64,000 nt of DNA from Myxococcales bacterium (GTDB taxonomy: Bacteria; Myxococcota_A; UBA9042; JABWCM01; BTVJ01). The DNA lies in contig BTVJ01000002.1 of NCBI GenBank assembly GCA_045863395.1, forward strand, positions 224,001-288,000, in the 5' to 3' direction. The position numbers were made by a program, and so were the translations under genes. The notes below the pieces were generated by a model, which saw only the letters and a program-made list of their open reading frames with translations, did not search any database and had not been told where the DNA came from. Positions 19,597 to 27,721 of this stretch are shown here, piece by piece (position 1 is the stretch's first letter; every line of letters starts with the position of its first letter).

Positions 19597-19920
19597 ATGG
19601 CCACCACCCGGACGCACGAGCTCAGGACAGCCTACGCGGACGAGGAGACCTGGACCTCGGACGAGGCGTCCGGGTCCCTGACCTTTGATCTGGCGGATCA
19701 CCGCAAGATCGGGGTGGACGTCAAGCCGGCGACGGGTACGGTCGACGTGGCCGTGACCGCCGTGCGAACCAGGGCGCCAGGCGCAACGACCATCTCGCTC
19801 GCCACTGTGAGCGGCAGCAGCGGGTACGACGCCGTGTTCGAGGGACCGTGGGCCCTTGTCACGCTGGCGTGGTCCAACGCTTCCGCCGCACTGACCATCA
19901 ACCGCCGAGCATCCAGTTAG
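19597..19920 (+). CDS. Small beta-rich phage protein
   Basis: GGAGA RBS; 107 aa with alternating beta pattern. Confidence 0.65.
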   Translation: MATTRTHELRTAYADEETWTSDEASGSLTFDLADHRKIGVDVKPATGTVDVAVTAVRTRAPGATTISLATVSGSSGYDAVFEGPWALVTLAWSNASAALTINRRASS

Positions 19921-19929
19921 GAGGGTTCC

Positions 19930-20280
19930 ATGAGCACGTTTGCGGCGGACATCGCCATCGTCACAGACACGTCGGCGCGCAAGGAGCGGGTGCTCGTCAC
20001 GACGGCCGAGACGGACACCCACACTCAGGACATGCGGGGGTTCAGCGAGCTGTTGGCCAGCGTCGTGATCTCCAGCGCCGCGACGGTAACGTTCAAGGCC
20101 AAGGCGACAAACAGCGGAGCGGAGACCTCGCAGATCGTGGGCCCTCCCGCCGGACTCACAGCGACCGGCCAGGTCCGCATCCTGGGCTCGTGGAGGTCTT
20201 TGGAGATCATCGTGGCCGGCAACAATGGAACCGTGACCGTGGCCTTCGCATGCGCGGGGAAGGGCGGGGTGAGGGCATGA
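19930..20280 (+). CDS. Small beta-rich phage protein, possible paralog of the previous gene
   Basis: AGGAGG RBS; 116 aa with similar motif spacing. Confidence 0.65.
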   Translation: MSTFAADIAIVTDTSARKERVLVTTAETDTHTQDMRGFSELLASVVISSAATVTFKAKATNSGAETSQIVGPPAGLTATGQVRILGSWRSLEIIVAGNNGTVTVAFACAGKGGVRA

Positions 20281-21467
20281 AAGCGCTCCGGCTGATGGTT
20301 TTCGTGGTCGCGGCGACCGCGCTCCTGGCGGCGCCGGTGGCGGCACAGTGGACGACCTACTCGGGCGGGCCCCTCACGCTCCCGTCCGACGGCCTGCGTC
20401 TGCCCCCGAAGAGCGGCCTTGCGTCGGGGTGTGAGATCAGCGGCAGCTACCCCGCCGGCGTGCTGATCTTCGCGGCCGACGGGACGCTCTGCTACAGCAC
20501 GGTGGCAGGATCCCCGGCGACGTGGGTGGAGGTCGGCGGGGGCCCGGGGTCCACGTGCGGCGAGCTGGGCGCGCTGTGCCTTGAGGACGTGGCAGCGAAC
20601 CAGCTCTTCGTGGGGTCTGGAGATGGCGCGGGGGCCTGGACGGAGCTCGAGGCGGGCCGCGTCCTGTGCCGCAGCGCCATCGGAGACGTCACTGGCTGCG
20701 ATGCGAGCGCACTGAGGGCGATCACGGAGTACGGCAGCACCGACACCGGCAAGGGCGCCAGCCTGATCGGCACGGAGGACATGGCCGGCCACTACGGCAA
20801 CAACGACGTGGAGACCGGCCTGGCTGGCGCTTACATCGCCGCGGCGGCCAAGGTCGCCAAGGCCGACTACGGCGGGGCCGGCTGCGTTCTGGTCGGGACC
20901 GGTGCCGAGATGTACTCGTGCACCACGCTCACGAGCGGCCGGGTACTCGGAGACTTCGGCGCGGGGGTGACCGCGGGGACAGCCGCGGACGTGAAGACGT
21001 TCGTGGGCGTCGACACGTCCAACGACCTGGTGCTGGCTACGGGGATGCCGCTGGCCAGCGCCACCAACGTCAGCAACAGCGCCGCGATCTGGGACGGCAC
21101 CAACCGACTCCCCTACACCCGACTCACGGGCGAAGAAAACGGGGGCACCGCGACACTGCCATTCGTCTTCTACGTGCCGCCCGGCGTCAGTGCCCTGTCT
21201 GCGCTGCGAATCGCCACCGTCTGGAGCGACGCAGGGGCCGGAGCCAACTCGGGGGTCCTGGACTGCGTGGACACGACGGGCAGCCCGATCCTGACGAGCC
21301 ACGGCCTGACTGAGTCGGCCTCCTGGGCCTGGGAGAGCATTCCTGGCGCCGGACTCGGTGTGGGCACCTATACGGCGGGCGGGATCCTATCCTGCGTCCT
21401 CTCCGTAACAACTGACTCGGGGGACACCGTGGACGTCTACGCCATGAGCGTCACCTATCAGCGCTGA
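20277..21467 (+). CDS. Fibre-like phage protein with N-terminal signal peptide (396 aa)
   Basis: MKALRLMVFVVAATALLAAPVAA-Q; internal repeat; KGASLIGTED motif; beta-rich C-terminus. Confidence 0.65.
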   Translation: MKALRLMVFVVAATALLAAPVAAQWTTYSGGPLTLPSDGLRLPPKSGLASGCEISGSYPAGVLIFAADGTLCYSTVAGSPATWVEVGGGPGSTCGELGALCLEDVAANQLFVGSGDGAGAWTELEAGRVLCRSAIGDVTGCDASALRAITEYGSTDTGKGASLIGTEDMAGHYGNNDVETGLAGAYIAAAAKVAKADYGGAGCVLVGTGAEMYSCTTLTSGRVLGDFGAGVTAGTAADVKTFVGVDTSNDLVLATGMPLASATNVSNSAAIWDGTNRLPYTRLTGEENGGTATLPFVFYVPPGVSALSALRIATVWSDAGAGANSGVLDCVDTTGSPILTSHGLTESASWAWESIPGAGLGVGTYTAGGILSCVLSVTTDSGDTVDVYAMSVTYQR

Positions 21468-21477
21468 AGGCGGCGCC

Positions 21478-22602
21478 ATGGGCATGCACCGCATTCTCCG
21501 CCTCGGCTCCCTCGGTCCCGACGTTCGCGCGCTCCAAGAGGCGCTGGCGCTCCGCAGCCACCCTCCGGGGCCCCTCGACGGCGTCTATGGCGAGCTGACC
21601 AAGGCCGCGGTCAGTGCCTTCCAGGCGGCCGGGAAGATCAAGGTCGACGGCGTCGTGGGCAGTGAGACCCGCGGCGCCCTCGCGGCGCGCCCGGCGCCCG
21701 CACCTGCGACACCATGCCCCCCCGCGCTGGACGACGGCGTGCTGCCCGAGGGGATCGAGGGGGTGTGGATCCATCGGCTCCAGGCCGCGATTGACCTGGC
21801 CGGGGACGTGGCGCACCTGGTGGCCGATCTCCTGGCCAGGCGGATCGGCGTCGTTCAGATCAAGGCGGCGGACGGCCGCTCCTTGATGAACCAGGCCCGG
21901 CTTGGCGAGGTGGTCACGGCCCTGCACGCGGCGGGGATCCGCGTCGTCCTGTGGTCCTGGGTGTGGGCCGTCTACTACGGCAAGGACGGCAGGCCCGAGT
22001 CACCCTACCACGCCAGTGTCGAGTACCTCGTCGACCAGGCGCGGGTCCTGGCCGACCAGTGCCGGCGCCACGGCTGCACCGGCGCCGTTTACGCCAACAT
22101 CGAGGGCGAGGGCACCTGGTCGACCAGCAGCGCCGGCACGTGGGGCCAGCGCAACATCGCGACGTTCGGTAGCCAGGCCAAGGCGGACCGGGCCATCGCC
22201 CAGAGGGCGGACGCCTACCTCCAGGCCCTGCGCGCGGAGCTGCCCGGCGCGCTCCTCGTCGTCTCCACCCACGGCCTGGCGTCGTCGCAGCGTCTCCCCT
22301 GGCGCGAGCTGTGCGAGGGGTCGGACGTCCTCGCGCCGCAGTGGTACTACCCCGGCGCCAAAGGTTTCGCGGAGCGTGTTCCGACGTCGGCCTCGGCCTG
22401 GCGCAAGCTCGGCGCCCGGCGCCTGCGGGCAAGCGGCGGGGCCTGGAAGGCGACGTCCAGCAGCAGGCCCGCGAGCGAGATGCCCAAGCTCCGCGCCGCC
22501 GTCCGCAGCATCGGCGCGGGCCCTGGTGTCGACCGGGGCGTCGACTGGTGGGTCTACGAGCTGATGACCGCGGAGCACCTCGCCGCCCTGGCCGGGGCGT
22601 GA
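21478..22602 (+). CDS. Endolysin: peptidoglycan-binding domain plus glycoside-hydrolase-like catalytic domain
   Basis: LRLGSLGPDVRALQ..DGVYGELTKAAVSAFQ..DGVVGSET (PG_binding_1 pattern); IKAADG and NIE motifs resemble GH25. Confidence 0.8.
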   Translation: MGMHRILRLGSLGPDVRALQEALALRSHPPGPLDGVYGELTKAAVSAFQAAGKIKVDGVVGSETRGALAARPAPAPATPCPPALDDGVLPEGIEGVWIHRLQAAIDLAGDVAHLVADLLARRIGVVQIKAADGRSLMNQARLGEVVTALHAAGIRVVLWSWVWAVYYGKDGRPESPYHASVEYLVDQARVLADQCRRHGCTGAVYANIEGEGTWSTSSAGTWGQRNIATFGSQAKADRAIAQRADAYLQALRAELPGALLVVSTHGLASSQRLPWRELCEGSDVLAPQWYYPGAKGFAERVPTSASAWRKLGARRLRASGGAWKATSSSRPASEMPKLRAAVRSIGAGPGVDRGVDWWVYELMTAEHLAALAGA

Positions 22603-22782
22603 AGAGGATGGCTCGGAGGTCCTGTTCCAGGTCGGACTGCGCAGGGCGAGCGACTGGGTACACGACGCGACAGTACCGGAGCATCCGGCAGGAACGGGGG
22701 GCGGGTGACCAAGGGCGCGAGGCCGTGATCCTCGCGGGGTGACAGGAGGGGCTGTGCGCCCCAAGGAGGACGGAGGTCATGG

Positions 22783-23001
22783 ATGGACGGCGGCACGGAG
22801 GCATGGGTCGGCGCGGCGGCGTTGTCCGCGGTGGCGGGGATGCTGGGGCTCGGCAGGATGTGGCTGCGCAATCGCCGCCAGGCATCCCGCGAGCGCGCCA
22901 CCATCGACCTGGTCAAGGCGGGGGTGCCGACGGGGGAAGTGCGGCGACTGCTGCGCGACACGGGACAGACGCCGGAGGCGGACGACTCGACGAGCGAGTG
23001 A
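22783..23001 (+). CDS. Small single-TM protein (holin or spanin candidate)
   Basis: One hydrophobic segment followed by basic residues; after the lysin; GGAGG RBS. Confidence 0.45.
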   Translation: MDGGTEAWVGAAALSAVAGMLGLGRMWLRNRRQASRERATIDLVKAGVPTGEVRRLLRDTGQTPEADDSTSE

Positions 23002-23309
23002 TGGGCTGGAGCGCGTTCGTCGCTCTGCTCGCTGCGGTCGCCCTCGCTCTGCTCGGGAGTGCCTCCGGAGGCTGCGCCGCCACCGGCTCCGCCAGCCTTG
23101 GCACCGCCTGCACCCTGAGCTGGGAGAGCGTTCCCGGCGAGGCCCGGGTGACCGGGACCGGCGCCTGCAAGCTCCCACCTGGCCTCGCGGCCGTCGCGCC
23201 ACATGGCGCGGAGCCCCTGCTTGAGCTGACGTGCACGGCGCGCTCGCCCTGGGCGTCGAGCTGGATGCGCGGGGCGAGGCGGGCGGGACCGGAGGCGCCC
23301 GGCGACTGA
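23001..23309 (+). CDS. Small lipoprotein-like protein (spanin candidate)
   Basis: Hydrophobic leader ending in SGG-C; TGATG-coupled; in the lysis cassette. Confidence 0.45.
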   Translation: MGWSAFVALLAAVALALLGSASGGCAATGSASLGTACTLSWESVPGEARVTGTGACKLPPGLAAVAPHGAEPLLELTCTARSPWASSWMRGARRAGPEAPGD

Positions 23310-23310
23310 C

Positions 23311-23709
23311 CTACGACCGACGGCGCGGCGGTGCTCCCTGGAGCGCAGCCGCGCTAGACTTCCTGTGCAGCAGTTCACCATCTCGCCCCAGCGCCCATCT
23401 CTCCGCCAGCCTCTTGAGCCTCCTGACGGTGGTGTCCAGGTGCTCGGCGACCTCCGCCCAGGTCGCGCCAGCCCGGTGAGCGACGAGCGCTGAGACCGTC
23501 AGCTCGTAGTCCGCCGGCGGCCTCGCGGCGCGCACCGCGCGCCCGTCCGACGCGAGGCGCCATCCGCGGATCTGCTGGCCGACGCGGGAGAGGCTCACGC
23601 CCCAGTCCCGCGCCACGTCGGAGAGAGGCTCGCCGGCGTCCCGGCGCGTGAGAGCCTCACGCACCCGACCCGTGTCAGTGCGCGGGCCCTGGGTCACTCG
23701 TCCGTGCAT
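23311..23709 (-). CDS. Tandem helix-turn-helix DNA-binding protein
   Basis: Two HTH-like motifs: AGEPLSDVARDWGVSLSRV and AGATWAEVAEHLDTTVRRL; GGAGGT RBS. Confidence 0.7.
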   Translation of the reverse strand: MHGRVTQGPRTDTGRVREALTRRDAGEPLSDVARDWGVSLSRVGQQIRGWRLASDGRAVRAARPPADYELTVSALVAHRAGATWAEVAEHLDTTVRRLKRLAERWALGRDGELLHRKSSAAALQGAPPRRRS

Positions 23710-23908
23710 CTCACCTCCACATGACGCTGGCGGCGAGCAACGCTAGCAGATAGGGCAGCCCCTGGCCAGAACCTGCCCCCACCCGCGCCGCTCACCAGCA
23801 CCAGGTCACAACACCGCACTACGGCTGGACGCCATCGCAAAATCCGGTGATCCATCGCTTCGCCACCGGTCAATCATTGACATTCTGGGATGTTACGACT
23901 TCAGAATG

Positions 23909-23957
23909 GCCAGAATCGCACTCTGGAGGCCGTCGGTTCGATCCCGATCAGCTCCAC
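23909..23957 (+). tRNA. 3' fragment of tRNA-Ala(CGC); likely prophage attachment site; not a complete gene
   Basis: Anticodon arm CCAGA-ATCGCAC-TCTGG, variable AGGCC, T arm GTCGG-TTCGATC-CCGAT, acceptor 3' strand CAGCTCC-A; no D arm or 5' acceptor strand upstream. Confidence 0.9.
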
Positions 23958-23997
23958 TGATTCAGCGTGATGCAGGTGGTCACACCACCAGGAACTG

Positions 23998-24037
23998 CGA
24001 GGCCCCCGAAGCCGCTGGCTCCGGGGGCTTCGTCGTT
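23998..24037. terminator. GC-rich hairpin; likely the original tRNA terminator, possibly bidirectional
   Basis: cgaggcccccg-aagcc-gct-ggct-ccgggggcttcg lies between the tRNA fragment and a convergent gene. Confidence 0.7.
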
Positions 24038-24060
24038 CTGGGCCCCAGGCAGCGCCTCCA

Positions 24061-24501
24061 TCAGGCTCGCGTCGGGAGCGTGACCACCGTGAACCAGAAC
24101 TCCTCCAGCGATCGGACGATCTTCATGAAGGCGTCCACGTCCACGGGCTTCGTGATGAAGCAGTTGGCGTGGGAGCGGTAGGCGCCGAGCACGTCCTCGT
24201 CGGCGCGGGACGTGGTCAGCACCACGACGGGCAGGTGCGCCAGGCGCGGGTCCTTGCGGATCTCGCACAGCACCTGCCAGCCGTCCATCCTGGGGAGGTT
24301 GAGGTCGAGCAGCACCAGATCGGGGTGGAGGGCCGCGTCGAAGGGTGGCTCGTGGCGCAGGAAGGCCATGGCCTCCTCACCGTCGAGCACGTGGTGGAGG
24401 TCTACCCGGATCTTCGAGTCGCGGAGCGAGATCCGCGTGAGCTCCGCGTCCGCCGGGTTGTCCTCGACGAGCAGCACCGTGGCCATGCGCGCTTGGGTCA
24501 T
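24061..24501 (-). CDS. Single-domain response regulator (Rcp1-like)
   Basis: LLVEDN, LLDLNLP, LTTS and FITKP receiver motifs. Confidence 0.93.
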   Translation of the reverse strand: MTQARMATVLLVEDNPADAELTRISLRDSKIRVDLHHVLDGEEAMAFLRHEPPFDAALHPDLVLLDLNLPRMDGWQVLCEIRKDPRLAHLPVVVLTTSRADEDVLGAYRSHANCFITKPVDVDAFMKIVRSLEEFWFTVVTLPTRA

Positions 24502-26126
24502 CGCTGTGCCTCCCTCGGCAGCGTGAAGCTGAACGTCGCGCCCTCCCCGGGCGCGGAGCGCGCCCAGATCCTGCCGCCATGCTCCTCCACGATGCGGCGG
24601 CACACCGCGAGGCCGATGCCGCACCCCGGGTAGGCGCCCACATGGTGGAGCCGCTTGAAGATCCCGAAGATCTGTTCGGCGTAGCGCTGGTGGAAGCCGA
24701 CGCCGTTGTCGGCGACGTCGACCTGCCACGAGTCACCGACCAGGCGGGCAGACACGCGGATCACCGGCGGGTGCTCCGGGCGGCGGAACTTGACGGCGTT
24801 GGACACCAGGTTCTGGAGGAGCTGGCGCAGCAGGCTGTGATCGCCCTCCACCGTGGGGAGCGCGTCTGCTTCCAGCCGCGCTCCGGCCTGGTGGATCGCT
24901 CCCCGGAGGCTCTCCTGCACGTCGCGGAGCACCTCGGAGAGGTCCACGGGGGCACGCTGCCCCTGGGAGGCGCCGACGCGCGAGAGCTCCAGCAAGCCGT
25001 CTATGAGCTCGCGCATCCGGGCGACACCACCCAGGACGAAGCTGGCATAGCTCCGACCACTCTCGGAGAGCGACCCCTCGACGTCGGCGAGGAGGAGCTG
25101 GACGAAGCTGGCGATTGTGCGCAGGGGCTCGTGCAGGTCGTGGGACGCCACGTAGGCGAACTGCTCCAGGTCACGGTTGCTGCGCTCGAGCTCCTTGGTG
25201 CGCCGCTCCAGGCTCTGGCGAGCGTCCCGGAGCGCGGTGATGTCCTCCGAGATCCCGAGCAGGTACGAAGGCGTGCCGTCCTCCCCGCGGAGGGGGACCT
25301 TCTTCGTGTGCAGCCACCGCACGCCGCTCCCCACCGTGTGGATGGGCTCCTCGGGGATGACCAGGACCTCCCCCGACTCCAGCACGCTGCGGTCCTTGGA
25401 CGTGAAGAACTCGGCCTCCGCGGGAGGGAAGAAGTCGAAGTCGTTGCGACCGTACATGGCGGCCCGGGGGATGCCCAGCAGCGCCTCCCCGGCGCGGTTG
25501 AAGCGCACGAAGCGCAGGTCCTTGGCCTCCTTCACGAACACCATGTCCGGGATGTTCTCGACGATGGCGTCCAGGAAGGCGGACGTCCGGCGGAGCTCCC
25601 GCTCGATCTTCTCCCGCTCGGTCGCGTCGGCGATGGCGGTGATCACTCGGGCATCTGGCGTGACGGCGCACGTGCAGGTCAGGTGTCGCTCCGGTCCCCG
25701 AACCGCTGCCGTGGGGCCTGTCCAGGTGGTCGCCTCGGCCGCCACGGCGGCCAGCAGGGGGACCCACGCTGCGCGCAGGCCCTCGGAGGGATTGCGGCAC
25801 CGGGACGTCCACAGATCGTCCTGCGACTCGACACCGAACAGGCGCAGCGCGACCTCGTTGGCTGCCTCCAGGCGGATTCTTTGGAGGATGCCATCGACCT
25901 CGGCAGGGTTGGTCTGGAGCCAGTCGGGCAGCGCGTCGCCGTGTGCCATGCGCAGCGCGCCGAGCTGGGGAAGGATCTGGGAGAAGTCCTCGACGAGCAG
26001 CCCCGCAGGGGCTGCGAGGAACCCCTGGATGGCGGGAGGCGGGCGCTCCCCCACCACGGATCCTAGGGGGGCGCCAAGAGCCGCGCCGCCGCCAGCCCCT
26101 GCGACATCGTGGTTATCCTGGGCCAT
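24498..26126 (-). CDS. Cytoplasmic PAS-domain sensor histidine kinase
   Basis: PAS (ENIPDMVFVK..FNRAGE), H-box ASHDLHEPL, N-box QNLVSNAVKF, G boxes DNGVG and GIGL. Confidence 0.93.
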   Translation of the reverse strand: MAQDNHDVAGAGGGAALGAPLGSVVGERPPPAIQGFLAAPAGLLVEDFSQILPQLGALRMAHGDALPDWLQTNPAEVDGILQRIRLEAANEVALRLFGVESQDDLWTSRCRNPSEGLRAAWVPLLAAVAAEATTWTGPTAAVRGPERHLTCTCAVTPDARVITAIADATEREKIERELRRTSAFLDAIVENIPDMVFVKEAKDLRFVRFNRAGEALLGIPRAAMYGRNDFDFFPPAEAEFFTSKDRSVLESGEVLVIPEEPIHTVGSGVRWLHTKKVPLRGEDGTPSYLLGISEDITALRDARQSLERRTKELERSNRDLEQFAYVASHDLHEPLRTIASFVQLLLADVEGSLSESGRSYASFVLGGVARMRELIDGLLELSRVGASQGQRAPVDLSEVLRDVQESLRGAIHQAGARLEADALPTVEGDHSLLRQLLQNLVSNAVKFRRPEHPPVIRVSARLVGDSWQVDVADNGVGFHQRYAEQIFGIFKRLHHVGAYPGCGIGLAVCRRIVEEHGGRIWARSAPGEGATFSFTLPREAQR

Positions 26127-26213
26127 GGACCTCCTGACGAGCACGCCACCGCACAACGGTAGCACGACTCTGCAAGCGGTGTCACCGCCACACTGTGGCG
26201 CGACCGTCTGCCG

Positions 26214-27251
26214 TCACGGGAGCGAGGGCGCCGAACCGGCAGGGCCGGACACCCGCGCGTGTCCCACGTGGTCGGCGAGGTGTGTGAGGATGTTCCCCCC
26301 GACCGCCCACACACCGCCGGACTCGTCCGCGCGGATCGCGTGGAGGGCGTGGCGCGGCAGGAGGTCACTCCCGATGGTCCACTGGGTGCCGTCGAGCCGC
26401 GCAGTGAACCCGTCGAGGCCGGAGATCCACACCGGGAGCCCGGGAGCCGTGAAGACCCCCTGCAGGAGCGATGGGGCCTCCGCCGGGAGCGGGACCTCGG
26501 TCCAGGTGGCGCCATCCCAATGGACCAGGGCCGCAGCGCCGAGCCCTCCGACCACCCAGACGTCGTCGGGACCCCGCCCGGTCACCGTGAAGTAGATGGT
26601 GCTCCCCAGGCCGGCGTCGTGGGCCTCCCAGGTCGCGCCGTCCCACCGCAGGATGGTCCCCGCCGCGCCGACCACCCAGACGTCCGTGGGGCCGCTCCCC
26701 CAGACCTTGAAGAGGTTCTTCTGGGCGGACGCGGGCTTGCCCGCGAGGGGCGGGACGTCGACCCGCGTCCAGGCGGCCCCGTCCCACCGCATCACCACGT
26801 CGCCCTCCTGCTCCGCCGCTGGCGCGTCCATCGAGACGCCCCCCACGGCCCACACGTCGTCCGGCGTGCTCCCCCAGACACCGTACAGTGTGGTCCCGGA
26901 CGCGCCCGTGTCGTCCACGGTCCACGAGGTGCCACCCCACCGGGCCACCACCCCCCGGTCGCCGCACACGAAGACCTCACCCCCGGAGAACCCGTGGACC
27001 CACCAGAGCTGCACGTCGACCCCAGGCGGGTCGAGCCGCTCCCAGGTCGCCCCGTCGCTGCGCAGCACGACCCCGCGTCCGGACTCACCGCCGACGATCC
27101 ACACGGTGTCGCCGCCCGTCCAGATGCTGAGCAGCGCGCCGTCGGCGTAGTCGTCGGACAGAGAGCGCCAGTCGAGGGCGCTGTCGGGTGGAGCCTCAGC
27201 CCCGGAGCTGCACGCGGACAGCACCACCACCAGGAAGAGCGCACGGGTCAT
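26214..27251 (-). CDS. Beta-propeller repeat lipoprotein
   Basis: Lipobox LSA-C; repeats of VWGSxxxDVWxVG..ILRWDGxTW. Confidence 0.85.
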   Translation of the reverse strand: MTRALFLVVVLSACSSGAEAPPDSALDWRSLSDDYADGALLSIWTGGDTVWIVGGESGRGVVLRSDGATWERLDPPGVDVQLWWVHGFSGGEVFVCGDRGVVARWGGTSWTVDDTGASGTTLYGVWGSTPDDVWAVGGVSMDAPAAEQEGDVVMRWDGAAWTRVDVPPLAGKPASAQKNLFKVWGSGPTDVWVVGAAGTILRWDGATWEAHDAGLGSTIYFTVTGRGPDDVWVVGGLGAAALVHWDGATWTEVPLPAEAPSLLQGVFTAPGLPVWISGLDGFTARLDGTQWTIGSDLLPRHALHAIRADESGGVWAVGGNILTHLADHVGHARVSGPAGSAPSLP

Positions 27252-27265
27252 GAGTTGCCTCGGGG

Positions 27266-27721
27266 TCAGGGATGCGCACACACGCCATCGTGGCCCCCGT
27301 CACAGGAGGCGTGACAGGACGCACACGCGGAGAGTGTACCGGACTGGAGCACGTCCAGTGAGGGGGAGAGCTCCTGCCACTCCCAGGTGGGTGCCGTGGT
27401 GGGTCGCCTCATGGCCGTGAGGCGGACGAGGCTCTTGCACTGTTCGTCCGCGTACTCGGGCTTCACCAGGACGGCGCCTTCGGGGAAGGGCTCCTTGCGC
27501 TCCTGGTACGCGGTCTTCGCTCCGGGGCTGGCGAGGACGCGGATGTAGCTCAGATCGTGCTCGATGCTGTGGCGACAGTCCCGGACCTCGGGCCACCCAT
27601 CGAGGTCTCCCGTGCTGACGAAGGCCGCTGCCTGCTCGCCGCTCGGGGATCCCTCGTGCGACCCCTCTGCCTCGCACGCTGCCAGGGTGAGCGCCCCCAG
27701 GACCCAACGCGTCCACCTCAT
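27266..27721 (-). CDS. Cytochrome P460-family lipoprotein
   Basis: LAA-C lipobox; PFPEGAVLVK, TAMR and WEW motifs; C-terminal CASCH. Confidence 0.75.
   Translation of the reverse strand: MRWTRWVLGALTLAACEAEGSHEGSPSGEQAAAFVSTGDLDGWPEVRDCRHSIEHDLSYIRVLASPGAKTAYQERKEPFPEGAVLVKPEYADEQCKSLVRLTAMRRPTTAPTWEWQELSPSLDVLQSGTLSACASCHASCDGGHDGVCAHP

Larger units (their letters stand above)
1..23957 (+). mobile_element. Prophage, right-hand portion; tailed phage with non-contractile-type tail module; left end lies outside the window
   Basis: Colinear terminase-portal-scaffold-capsid-neck-tail tube-chaperones-tape measure-tail tip-lysis order, many overlapping ATGA/TGATG start-stops, ending at a tRNA 3' fragment. 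Confidence 0.95.

Noticed and set aside
17932..21467. Diversity-generating retroelement acting on tail genes
   Set aside because: No reverse transcriptase in the window and no template/variable repeat pair noticed; the unseen left arm cannot be excluded.
23909..23957. Complete tRNA-Ala gene
   Set aside because: No D arm or 5' acceptor strand; only the 3' part is present.
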